From: Eledone cirrhosa
Taxonomy: Eukaryota
Length of the DNA: 64,000 bases
Assembly: GCA_964016885.1 (NCBI GenBank)
Contig: OZ024744.1
Location: 102,672,001 to 102,736,000 of the forward strand
Direction of reading: 5' to 3'
How positions within the stretch are numbered: the stretch's first letter is position 1; every line of letters starts with the position of its first letter. Below are positions 40,590 through 52,369 of the stretch, piece after piece. The notes below the pieces were generated by a model. That model saw only the letters and a program-made list of their open reading frames with translations, had not been told where the DNA came from and did not search any database. The translations under genes and the position numbers were made by a program.

Positions 40590-42456
40590 ATACGGGTGGA
40601 CCAGAGCCATACGGACCCCCGAAAACCACGATGAACTAAAGAAAATGATTGCACATGCGGTGGGGGCCAGCATAAAATTAACCCTTAAGGAACATATGTT
40701 CAAATTTAATGGAAAAACATATGCCCAAGAGGAGGGAGCAGCCATTGGTGTTAGCATTGCAGGCGACATAGCTAACCTATTTATGGTATGGTGGGACAGT
40801 AGACTTAAACTTAAACTTAAAGAACAATTAGAAGACCCCTTAACCCTGATAATGTACTCCCGCTACGTTGATGATATAAACATCGTAGTTAAAACACCCC
40901 CACTAGAGAACAGTCAGGAATTAGAGAAAAACACAATGGAAAGCATCCAGCAAATAGCTAACTCCATCTACCAGAGTATTAGAGTTACTATAGACTACCC
41001 AAGCAAACACCCCAACTATCGATTACCTGTACTAGACACAGAGCTCTGGTTGGATACCATTAATAACAAAAAACAAATCCTCCATTCCCATTATGCCAAA
41101 CCCATGACTTCCAAATATCTGATCCACTGAAACTCAGCTGTTTCGGATCACACCAAAACCAACATACTGATTGCGGATTTGGTACGGGTGATGAGAAACG
41201 TGTCCCGCATGTGCAACCCTGAAGAACTAGAGAGACACATACAACACTTCATCCACCGTATGCAGTTCTCTGGTTACAATCAGAGAGATAAAATCAGAGT
41301 GTATAGAGGAGCCGGAACCAAATGGGAAAAAATGGTAAATAATGACACAAATGGGACCTGCCCCTTGTATAGGAGCACATTTTGGAATAGAATAGAAAGA
41401 ACTAGGAATAAGGTTAATAGAATAAACTCATGGTATGATAGCAATAAATACCAGAGTGTAATGTTCATCGATACAACCCCTAGAGGTGAATTAGCTTACA
41501 AATTTAGAAGGGCCCTAGATAAACATAAACTCAATATTAAGATAGTAGAAAGACCAGGCACCTCCATAAAAACACTTATTAGCAAGACATACCCTTTTCA
41601 AAGACCCCCTGTATAGATAAGAAATGTATAATCTGTAAATTAAGCCCCCATATTAACTGTAAAACTAGAAATGTAGTATATAGCATAAGATGTACTGAAG
41701 GACAATGTAGAGATAAAAATATAGTGTACATAAGTGAGACAGCTCGTAGTATAGGGGAACGGATAAATGAACACTGGCGAGACCTTCAAGATAGTAAAGA
41801 ATCATCTGTACTCTACCAACATGCTAAAATAGAACATAAGGGTAAATTAGAGAACATAGAAATAAAAATAGAATCTACACACAGAAAAGACACAATGTTT
41901 AGACAAATCACAGAGGCAATAAACATAAATGAATTACAACCAAAATTAAATAGAAAACATGAGTGGAACAGCAACATCACAACTTACAATTAAGGACAAA
42001 ATGAAAACACACACGCACATAGAACAAACAACCAACCAGTAACATGTAAATAAACAAATAAATAAACAAATATAAACACACACAGACACCCGGATGTAAC
42101 ACATGCGCAAACTAAGCACAAAACACACACACACAAAAACAAGATGGCGTAGGACAGAACAAAGGAGAAGCACAAAAAACAAAGAAAAGAATCCCCAGTC
42201 ACTGAAGAGGTCACAGAATGTGTGACGAAAGAACTTTGACAATATATAAACAACCATCTGGTTGTGGAACCAACCAACCAACCAGCAAACCGGAAATTTA
42301 TAAATTCCTAAATTTATAAATTTATTATAATAAATTGAAGTGAAAGCAACTGGTGCGTGTGTTTCTTATTGGCAACATGACCCTCCCAAAGTATAACAAT
42401 ATCGGTTTCAACACACGTTTTCAGATAAAGAATCTTGCTAAACAAATTCAGAAACG

Positions 42457-42460
<4 letters not shown>
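40590..42460 (+). mobile_element. Penelope-like retroelement, 5'-truncated (RT + C-terminal GIY-YIG + pLTR)
   Basis: QEEGAAIGVSIAGDIANLFM, YSRYVDDI, LPVLD; CIIC..NCKTRNVVYSIRC..YISETARSIGERINEH..HAKIEH; two frameshifts; flanked by (TA)n. Confidence 0.93.
42198..42240 (+). ncRNA. Minimal type I hammerhead ribozyme in the PLE pLTR
   Basis: GUCA-CUGAAGA-G-GUCACA(GAAUG)UGUGAC-GAA-AG(AA)CU-U-UGAC: core intact, 4-bp stem I, 6-bp stem II. Confidence 0.8.
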
Positions 42461-42502
<42 letters not shown>

Positions 42503-42591
42503 TAATTATTAGTACAAATTAAAAGTTTAAGCAATGAATTTCTGCTTTCACCCTAAGTGGGATCACCTTTGGATTTTGGCCTTTGCATTTA

Positions 42592-43902
42592 TCTATATAT
42601 CTAAAACAGAGAATGTCTGTCTGCCTATCTGTCTGTCTGACTCCCTAAAACTTGAGAACCAACAGATTTTTTTTCAAACTTTACACATGTAATGCTTATG
42701 GTCCTGTGAGTGTTTTGAGCAAAAGCTATTTCAAATTTCCAATGCCCTAGGGACTGCATTAGGCGCCGTTTAGCCATCTCTCTCTATAATTCTTAGTCTG
42801 TCTTTTTAGATAGATACATAGCTACGACGTCACACCCTTATAATATCTGTCTGTATGCATGGCTGTCTGCATTACGACATTATGACACTATCTGTGTATG
42901 TGTGTATATATGTATATATAGCGTGTGTACATATATATATATAGTGTATAACGTTTTTTCGAAATATTTACTTCTGCGTTCACAGATTGATTTTTTTAGT
43001 TTCAGAAGATCCCGTTAAGGGTGAAAGCAGCGAATCTTTGCTTAAACTTTAATCTGTTATTTTAATATATATATATATATATATAATTATATATTCTTGT
43101 ACAAATATTTTTGCATACACAAAAATAAAATATAAACAAACAAGGCTAGCGATTACATAGTCAACGGTTCGGAAATCACTGACGATTTTACTCCTTACTC
43201 TACCGGTTAGTCTTAGTGTACTTCATCCTGCTTTTAGGTCATGCCTCGAAGGAAGAGATACTCCATTGGCCGAAATACTGCGAAGCGGCAAGAAAAAGGA
43301 GGTGCTACAATCATTGTTTAGGTAGACGAGGCAGAAGTGGATATACACGATTGGCTGAAGAAGGACGAGACTGTGTTAGTAGTACGACCAAGGGCTGCTA
43401 TCACACCAACAGCAGCAAAAACAACAAAAAAGAGAGGGAACGCAATTACATTCTTTTGAAAAATCGCAATGGAAAATTATTTGCCTATTAATCTAAGGTG
43501 ACTTCACATTTTATTAGGACTTCTGCATCAATTGGTGAACATACATCGGAACATTGAAATGAGTAAGACCACACCACTCTCCACCACTGCAGTCCCACAT
43601 GCTTACTGCTCTGTAACTATTGCTTTCATTGTACCATAGCATAACAAATACATGTTCGGTTTGTCGAATGCCTTTTTACTTAACCCTATCGTCTTGGCTT
43701 TCATGGGTTGAACACTTTACTCTAGGGCACCCAATTAAGTTAAACCCCTGGTAATCTATGACAAATTTTTTTCATAAGCACAAAATGTAGACACTATCCC
43801 CAGGCTGAGGTATCCCGTACTTCTCTGTACTGTTTCAGAAAAGGGGGATAAACATGCCAATCTATGTTTAGAATCTCAAGCAACGCTGGGCCATTCTGCT
43901 AC
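42592..43902 (+). mobile_element. Non-autonomous Helitron-like element with RepHel N-terminal remnant
   Basis: 5' A|TCTATATATCTAAAA followed by (CTGT)n; MPRRKRYSIGRNTA at 43241; 3' AGCAACGCTGGGCCATTCTGCTAC|T (CTAG-like). Confidence 0.6.
42982..43057 (+). ncRNA. Extended type I hammerhead-like motif with non-canonical CAGAAGA core
   Basis: ACAGAUUGA-U7 bulge-AGUUU-CAGAAGA-U-CCC(GUUAA)GGG-U-GAA-AGCA(GCGAAUCUU)UGCU-U-AAACU-UUAAUCUGU. Confidence 0.6.
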
Positions 43903-44075
43903 TGATATATAGATAGATAGAGAGAGAGTGTGTGTGTGAGAGATTTATGGAATAGGAACGTATGGAGAAAAATAGAAATGGACAATGTTAAGACACTCTT
44001 CCTGCTATTTCAAACATTAAACTAATATATTCTTTCCATACACTGTTCCATTTGTGTTGTTATTTCTGTTTACCT

Positions 44076-44620
44076 TTTATATATATAATTTTTTTGGGGG
44101 CCTTCTGTCTGTTGTTTTCCTTATGCATTCCCAAACGGTTCAACCAATTCAAATCAAATTTTAGAAGGTGATAGTATCAGATCTTGAGAGTGTCAACATA
44201 TTTTTTATTTTCTAATTTTATAACATCAAAAAAGAAAAATATCCCAGGTATGCTAATCAAGCTGACTGCTATTTCTAGCAGGCTGGGAATCAAACATAAG
44301 GGATTCTCTCTGCACATGCTAGTGATGATTGTGTTTCATGGCCAGTGTCTTCAATTCGAATGCTGGTTTACACATACAAACGCACACACACGCACACACA
44401 CACACACGCACACACGCACACACGCACACACACACACACACACATATAATATAAAAGATTGAGAAATATGGTGTATCTGAAAGATTTTTATTTTGTCAAA
44501 CATACACACCATAGTCTCGCCTCATACTGTAAACCAGACAGCACATCCAATACAGTTATTTTCTTTTCTATCTGTCTTCTCTTAACTGTTTACCTGGGAA
44601 AAGCCGGGTACCTCAGCTAG
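44076..44620 (+). mobile_element. Non-autonomous Helitron-like element
   Basis: 3' hairpin CCTGG-GAAAAG-CCGGG then TACCTCAGCTAG|T; 5' TATATATATAA..CTGTCTGT..ATGCATTCCCAAACGG. Confidence 0.65.
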
Positions 44621-44824
44621 TATATATATATGTAGTAAGATAAATAGATGGGTAAAGAAAACACTTGATATTAAGGAAGAACAAAGAAAAAATAAAGAAT
44701 GGAGATTTATTTTTTAGTGAAAGAGTCAGACTTATGTAAGAGTAGTGTATGTGAGGGGGGAGAGGATATAGTTGGAGAGGGAGAGGATAGAGAGATATGG
44801 AAACGGAGGGGAATTGAGTATAAT

Positions 44825-44827
<3 letters not shown>

Positions 44828-44902
<75 letters not shown>

Positions 44903-44952
44903 ATGAAAATGGCGGGGATAGAATATAGTTGGAGAGAGAGAGAGAGAGAGAG
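44828..44952. repeat. (GA)n microsatellite
   Basis: Seen directly in the sequence. Confidence 0.95.
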
Positions 44953-45699
44953 ATGGAGATGTCATTTGTTGATACCAGTTAAGACCCATTTCATGCTTTT
45001 AGAGTGGGACATTCCTAGAAAGGTTTCCAGTTCGTCCTGCTCCTGTAGGAGCATATACAGCACCACCCTGAAGACTTGCTCTTCTCCGCTGATTACACCC
45101 AGCAGCACCAACTTACCTTCTGGGTCCAGGAAGAAGGCTCATATTGTGAGATTTATGCTTTTCCGGAACAAAATGGCAACTCCACATCCAGATACCAGAT
45201 GGCTTGGAGGTGTGTACACCTCGTAGACACCGAAAATGGGTGCAGAGGTTCGTGTATCAGAAACAATGGTCTTGTTAATGATTTTGATATTTACAATTTC
45301 TTTTCTTTTTCACCTTCTTTTTTTGAGGGAGAATATAGGGAGAGTTTTCTTTTCTTTTTTTTTTTGTGGGGCAGACTCATGTCAGAATTTAGGTCCAACT
45401 GTGTGATGTCGGGGAGTGGCATTTCTTTGATGGGTGTTGCTGTTGATGCTGGTGCTGGTTTTCCCCATCCCCACTTCATCTTCCTTGGCGAAACCATGTC
45501 ACCATTGAAGAAAGATGTTCTGCCTACTCCCAGCCACATCTCTGTTACTTATCCAACCCATGTCACCATGGAAAACCAGGTATGCCTCACGTTATACCAC
45601 TAGATGAAATTCACTCTCTTCAAGGCCACCTCCAAGATCCAACAATTCATCTCCCACAATGTTATGACCCTTGCTTCACTTTCTTCAATGTCTCTTCAG

Positions 45700-46085
45700 T
45701 GTTGGTGCCATGATAAAAAGCACCCCCCCCCCCCACACACTCTGTAAAGTGGTAGTAATGGTGCCACATTAAAGCACCCAATCTGCATTATAAGGTAGAC
45801 GTAGTGGTGCCATGAAAAAAAGCATCCAGTACACCCTGTAAAGTGGTAGTACTGGTGCCACAACAAAAAGCACCCAGTCCACCCTGAAAGGTGGCAGTGC
45901 TGGAGACATGATAAAATGTTACCAATACACACTGTAAGGTGGTATGTGTTTGGAAGGTCATCCAGCCTCAGAAACAAAGCCAAATACAGATCTGTATGAT
46001 CAGACGAGTTCACCTGATTTGTCTAGTGTCTTATGATGTGACAACTTATTTTATCCATGTAAGTGTAGAAAATAGATGTTAAATA
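45700..46085 (+). mobile_element. SINE/RTE-UTR module with ~48-bp tandem subrepeats
   Basis: Repeated AAAAGCACCCAGT..CTGTAAAGTGG..GGTGCCA, then GGAAGGTCATCCAGC. Confidence 0.7.
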
Positions 46086-46219
46086 ACAATTCTTGCTCTC
46101 TCTGGCTAGCTAGGCCAATGACACTACCTTTGATATATATATTCACAAACACACACATATATGATACAACAAACTTTTACTTTAAAATGTATTTATTGTA
46201 TATTGACTGCTACAGATGT

Positions 46220-46293
46220 TCACAGCTTGAGATCCTCAACGATGTGATAGACCTCCAGCATTGATCTGCTTCTCAGACATGTGGACTCAAAAT
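46220..46293 (-). CDS. Candidate terminal coding exon of an unidentified host gene
   Basis: TTTACAG acceptor, frame (D)FESTCLRSRSMLEVYHIVEDLKL*, and AATAAA 22 nt after the stop (46192-46197); non-repetitive sequence. Confidence 0.35.
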
Positions 46294-47144
46294 CTGTAAA
46301 TATTTTGATTGAGTTTTGATGAGTAGATTGATACTGGAATCAGGTCAATGATCAATTGTGGCTAGGTCACCTGGGCAAGGGTATGTGATCAAGACTAGAT
46401 TTAGATTGTTTTGGGGGAGGGGGGTGGGTTCATACACAAAAAATTAAAATACCCAACAAAACCTCAAGTTTACATTTCAAATTTGTCTTAGTGCATGTAT
46501 TTGGAATTGACAAGTTATACATTACAGATGAAAAAAAATTTGACCACATTCATTTTAAGTTCATTCCACACTTAAATGTACATAAAGACACACACACACA
46601 CAGAAATATATATACATATACATTTATAAATACACATATATACCATATTCTTACATAAAACTGGACAGTCACACCCCTTTACTCTCTACAACAACCATCT
46701 GATGTCTCTAAAGTAGAGAAATTTTGATGAATTGCCATTAGTACTTTTTATTAAATATCGTTCTGGTAACAATTTGATATCTCTAAAGTAGAGGAATATT
46801 GATGAATTGACCACAGAATTGACATTAAGTACTTTTTATTAAACGTATTGTTCTCAAAAATCCCATCAGGGAGTACACCTTTGGCAGTCACAGGGCACAT
46901 CTATCTTATTAAGCCCTACTACATCTGCCAATAGGACCTTCAAATGATAATGGGGGGGGGGGCAGCAAATGCTCTGCCTACCCTGCTATAAATCAGGCCG
47001 TGTGTGCGGTGTTAAAATACCTGGAACATCTAATGACGCAAAGACACATCACTGATGATGTGGCACAGCTCATCAATGAAGAAGTACATTGCACACATGA
47101 AAGAAAAAATAAATGTGATGATAAAAAAATATCAAGGGTGTAAC

Positions 47145-48672
47145 TTGAAATGAAAAGTGGTAAGGCCGCTGGACCGTCAGGTATAGTTGCTGAGATGCTG
47201 AAGGCATCAGGACAAGTAGCAACTAAATTGGGTGCACACATAGTCAATCAAGCTGTATATGGCGGAGTCATATCCAAAGACTGGTGCAACAGTATTCTTA
47301 TAAATTGCTACAAAGGTAAAGGGGATGCTCTGGAGAGAAGCAATTATAGGGGCATAAAACTGATGGATCAGGTTATGAAAGTGGCAGAAAGAATGCTAGC
47401 AAACTAATTAGAGAAAGGGGCAAATTAGATGAGATGTAGTTTGGTTTTATGCCTGGGAAAAGTCCAACAGATGCCCTCTTCTTAGTGAGACAACTACAAG
47501 AGAGGTTCTTAGAGAAGAATAAGCTACTATACTTAGCTTTTGTTGACCTAGAAAAGGCCTTTGATAGAGTACCCCGATCTGTCATGTGGTGGTCCCTAAA
47601 GAAACTAGGTGTAGAGAAATGGCTTGTAAGGACAGTGCAAGCTATGTACTGGGGTGCTGTCAGTAAAGTGAGAATAGGAACAGAATTTAGTGATGAATTC
47701 CAGATACAAGTAGTTCATCAGGGTTCGGTCCTCAGCCCACTTTTATTCATTATAGTTCTCCAAGCCATAACAGAGGAGTTTAAGACTTGCTGCCCATGGG
47801 AAACTCTCTATGTTGACTATCTAGTACTTATAGCAGAATCAGTAGAGGAACTTGAGAATAAATTTTGGTTGTGGAACAGTATTTGGAATCAAGAGGACTG
47901 AGAGTGAACCTAGCTAAGACTAAAGTATTGATAAGTAGAAAAGAGAACAAAACTCCGATTCCATCAGGGAAATGGCCATGTTCGATATGTAGAAAATTGA
48001 TAGTAGAAGTGGCAGTGATAAACACATTTTTCAAATGCAGGTAGGATCTATAGAAGTGGTGGATAGCTTCCAGTACCTAGGTGATCAGATTAGCAAGGCA
48101 GGAGGGTGCTCCGAGGCCATAGTATCTAGAATAAGGACAGGTTGGAAGAAGTTTAGGGAGCTGCTTCTTCTGTTGACAACGAAGGGTTTCTCTCTGCAAA
48201 TGAAAGGCTGGTTATATGATGCCTGTGTGAGATGCGTGATGCTGCATGGTAGTAAGACATGGGCAGCAACTACAGAGGATATGCAATGGCTGGAGAGAAA
48301 TGAAGCAAGCATGGTCTGATAGATGTGCAATGTCAATGTGTGTGAACAACCAAGCATAGACAAGTTGGGAGTGAAACTGTGTATAAGAGGGATAAACTTT
48401 GTGTGCAGGAGAGAAGACTGCATTGGTATGGACATGTGATGCGCATAGAGGATGACTGCTGAGTGAAGAAGTGCCAAGAAATCCCAGTAGAAGGAATATA
48501 CATTGAAGGAAGACCATGAAAATCATGGGCGGAGGTGGTGAGAGCTGACCTCAGATCACTGAAGCTCACCAAGGAGATGACGAAGGACCGTGACAAATGG
48601 AGAGATGCTGTGCTGAAAAGGACCCGTCCCACCCTTGCAAGTGGATGTAAAAGGATGATGATGATGATGATA
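47145..48672 (+). mobile_element. 5'-truncated decayed RTE LINE
   Basis: GKAAGPSGIVAEML, FVDLEKAFDRV, HQGSVLSPLLF; (GAT)n tail. Confidence 0.92.
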
Positions 48673-49414
48673 ACTTAATTAATGAAGCAATAATAAAACT
48701 CTAAACAATTTATTTATTTTAAAGAGTATTTATTTGATATATTTACTTAAAAAGGTTTTTTAAATATTTATTTATAAAATATTTCCTTAAATAAGTTAGC
48801 TCTTTGATTTTTTTAATGAACATTAATCTATATAATTTAGAATGCGAATATGTTTGCTAAATAAATCTCCATTTTACACTATAAGTATGTCTTTTAAGAG
48901 AATTTTCTAATAAAAAAAATATTTAATATTTTCTTCTTGACATATATATTCAGTCTCTTGAATTTCCAGTTTTACAAGCTATCAATCATCTCATTTTTCA
49001 ATATTTTATAATTTGGCCTTATGAGCACTCATAATTGTGTCATGTTATAGATATATTTCTCTATTTCTAGCATTACCACTTACCACTTTAATCCTAGCAA
49101 ACGTCATCATTTTATTTTATTTCTACATGTGGCCTGAGCAATGGATAGTCTCCTGTTCTTAGGGAAATATTATTTCAAGATGTCTACTGATGAATGCAGT
49201 CTTGTGGTCTTCCTCTATTGTGTCTTCCTTCTATATATATATATATATATGAAAAGATTCAGGACCCCAATGGTTGAGTTCCGATTATCGAGTACTCTGA
49301 TGGGTTATAGTCTAGCTGATTTTTACCACACCCTGTCTGATATACAAACATTATATTGCAACGTTTTTTGAAATATTCACTTTTTTTAAAATATATAAAT
49401 ATATAAACTCCGAC

Positions 49415-49900
49415 CTCACACACTTACACCTCTCCAAGACAATGTCACTGGACCGAGACCTTTGGCGGTACTCAGTAACAGAGAAGACCCGCCTTACCTA
49501 AATACATAGTAAAACCTACTACAGCCAGTAGGCATCTCTAACAAAATACCCCCCCCCCCCGTCCCACCACCCCCAACCCATCCACGCCACCCCGTTCTAT
49601 GTAAAGTTGTGTTGGTGCCACACCATCCAGGCCGAAACAAATGAGATCGTGTAGGTGTCACGACAAAAAAACACACAGTCCACGCTGTAATGTGGCCGTG
49701 TAGGCAACACGGTAAAAACCTCCCAGCCCCACACTGTAAATGTGGTTGGTGTTAGGAAGGGCATCCAACTGTAGAAAACCTGCCAGACAGTCCTATGCGA
49801 GCAAGACAATCACTCTTGCCTCAAGTGGGACTACCCCCGTCCAAACCTATGCAAGCGTGGAACACGGACGTTAAACGTTGATGATGATGATGATGATGAT
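49415..49900 (+). mobile_element. RTE 3' end with long 3'UTR module and (GAT)n tail
   Basis: LHLSKTMSLDRDLWR-like ORF end followed by the AGGAAGGGCATCC module. Confidence 0.8.
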
Positions 49901-49902
49901 AT

Positions 49903-51793
49903 ATAAATATATTTATACTCGGATTTCTTTCCTAGAGTGCTTAAATTATTTGTGACTAATCCCGGTATTTTTTTTTTTATAAAAAAACCGCGATAATATT
50001 GCTTTTTGCTGAACTCCTTATTGTAGAGTTTTTTTCGGAATGTTTTTGACTGTTGTTTCTTGTAAACAAACATTCGTCTCATTCTGACGTCACCAGCCCT
50101 GTCTTTCCACATGTGCGTTTTATTTTTCATAATCACGCATGATGGTGAACTAGCCTGTTTTAAATTCCCTTTTTGGCATATTAATCAGTGAGAAATTTTG
50201 GTTATCGAGTTGAGCTCTGCTCTGGATCGAATTCCAACCGTGACCATCTCCACTGAAAGTTTTTGTGAAATAGTCTTTAAGACTATACAGAGCATTTGAA
50301 GTTTTTCCAAATTGAAGGATGAGTATTTTAAACTTTATTTTATCATGAGTTAAGGCTATATTGATTTTTCCCTGGATTTCACTAAATTCTGTGGATGAAT
50401 CTATATGCTGATTCTCTTTGAGTTGAGTTTGAATTATTTTCCCCACATCTTACGTTAACTATTTTTCCCATTTTGATGCTATAGTCACTTATATATTATG
50501 GAATACTGTTGACTTTTTGCTACAATGTTTTCTATACCTTTCATTTAAATATTTATTTCCTAGAGTGCTTATATTATTTGTGACTAATCTCGGTATTTTT
50601 TTTATTAAAAAAACGCGATAATATTGCTTTTTGCTGAACTCCTTATTGTAGAGTTTTTTTTCGGGATATTTTTGACTGTTGTTTCTTGTAAACAAACATT
50701 CGTCTCATTCTGACGTCACCAGCCCTGTCTTTCCACATGTACGTTTTATTTTTCATAATCACTCATGATGGTGAACTAGCCTGTTTTAAATTCCCTTTTT
50801 GGCATATTAATCAGTGAGAAATTTTGGTTATCGAGTTGAGCTCTGCTGAGGATCGAATTCCAACCGTGACCATCTCCACTAAAAGTTTTTGTGAAATAGT
50901 CTTTAAGACTATACAGAGCATTTGAAGTTTTTCCAAATTGAAGGATGAGTATTTTAAACTTTATTTTATCATGAGTTAAGGCTATATTGATTTTTCCCTG
51001 GATTTCACTAAATTCTGTGGATGAATCTATATGCTGATTCTCTTTGAGTTGAGTTTGAATTATTTTCCCCACATCTTACGTTAACTATTTTTCCCATTTT
51101 GATGCTATAGTCACTTATATATTATGGAATACTGTTGACTTTTTGCTACAATGTTTTCTATACCTTTCATTTAAATATTTATTTCCTAGAGTGCTTATAT
51201 TATTTGTGACTAATCTCGGTATTTTTTTAATTAAAAAAACGCGATAATATTGCTTTTTGCTGAACTCCTTATTGTAGAGTTTTTTTTTGGGATATTTTTG
51301 ACTGTTGTTTCTTGTAAACAAACATTCGTCTCATTCTGACGTCACCAGCCCTGTCTTTCCACATGTACGTTTTATTTTTCATAATCACGCATGATGGTGA
51401 ACTAGCCTGTTTTAAATTCCCTTTTTGGCATATTAATCAGTGAGAAATTTTGGTTATCGAGTTGAGCTCTGCTGAGGATCGAATTCCAACCGTGACCATC
51501 TCCACTAAAAGTTTTTGTGAAATAGTCTTTAAGACTATACAGAGCATTTGAAGTTTTTCCAAATTGAAGGATGAGTATTTTAAACTTTATTTTATCATGA
51601 GTTAAGGCTATATTGATTTTTCCCTGGATTTCACTAAATTCTGTGGATGAATCTATATCCTGATTCTCTTTGAGTTGAGTTTGAATTATTTTTCCCACAT
51701 CTTACGTTAACTATTTTTCCCATTTTGATGCTATAGTCACTTATATATTATGGAATACTGTTGGCTTTTTGCTACAATGTTTTCTATACCTTT

Positions 51794-51798
<5 letters not shown>
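49903..51798. repeat. Three near-identical tandem units of 626 bp
   Basis: Near-identical 98-aa minus ORFs end at 50150, 50776 and 51402. The terminal ~55 bp also occur alone at ~2150-2205 and ~12775-12822. Confidence 0.95.
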
Positions 51799-51859
<61 letters not shown>

Positions 51860-52369
51860 ATTTAATAATTTTATAAATATAAATATAATTGAATATTAGC
51901 ATATGTGCCTTAATATTTTTTTAAAACTTGTCTATTTATACATACATAGTGGAAGTCAACTCACATCTGAGTACAGCCATTTAGAAAACAAAAAAAATAC
52001 ATTGGCAAAAACATGCTATTGATGCCACCTTAGATGGCTCACCAAACCAGGTACTGACAGGTAGAAGAAGGTTCCAGGCTCCTGGAATTCTGCAATGCCA
52101 TTGATCTATCAATTCACAACACAAACTTTTAAAAAAACCAACAACCACGCAGGATTTGGAAGTTGAAGTGGCCCACAGACAGTACCAAATTTAGAGGTAT
52201 TTTATTTTACCCTTATGACAGTACAGATGAACAAATAGAGACATACAATATGGTGGAGCAGTGGGAGTTCCTGAAAGATAATTTGCTGAAGGTGGCAGAC
52301 GAGATTTGTGGCTTGAGTAGAGCTCCAGAGAGAAAGATAGTGACTTGTAGGGGTCCTCTGTGCATTTAA

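Noticed and set aside
44950-45700. Possible LINE ORF1 remnant (Lys/Pro-rich, minus strand)
   Set aside because: No diagnostic motif could be read with confidence.
50065-50105. Hammerhead in the 626-bp unit (minus strand CUGGUGA-C-GUC..GAC-GAAU)
   Set aside because: It has two core deviations and no convincing stem I or III.
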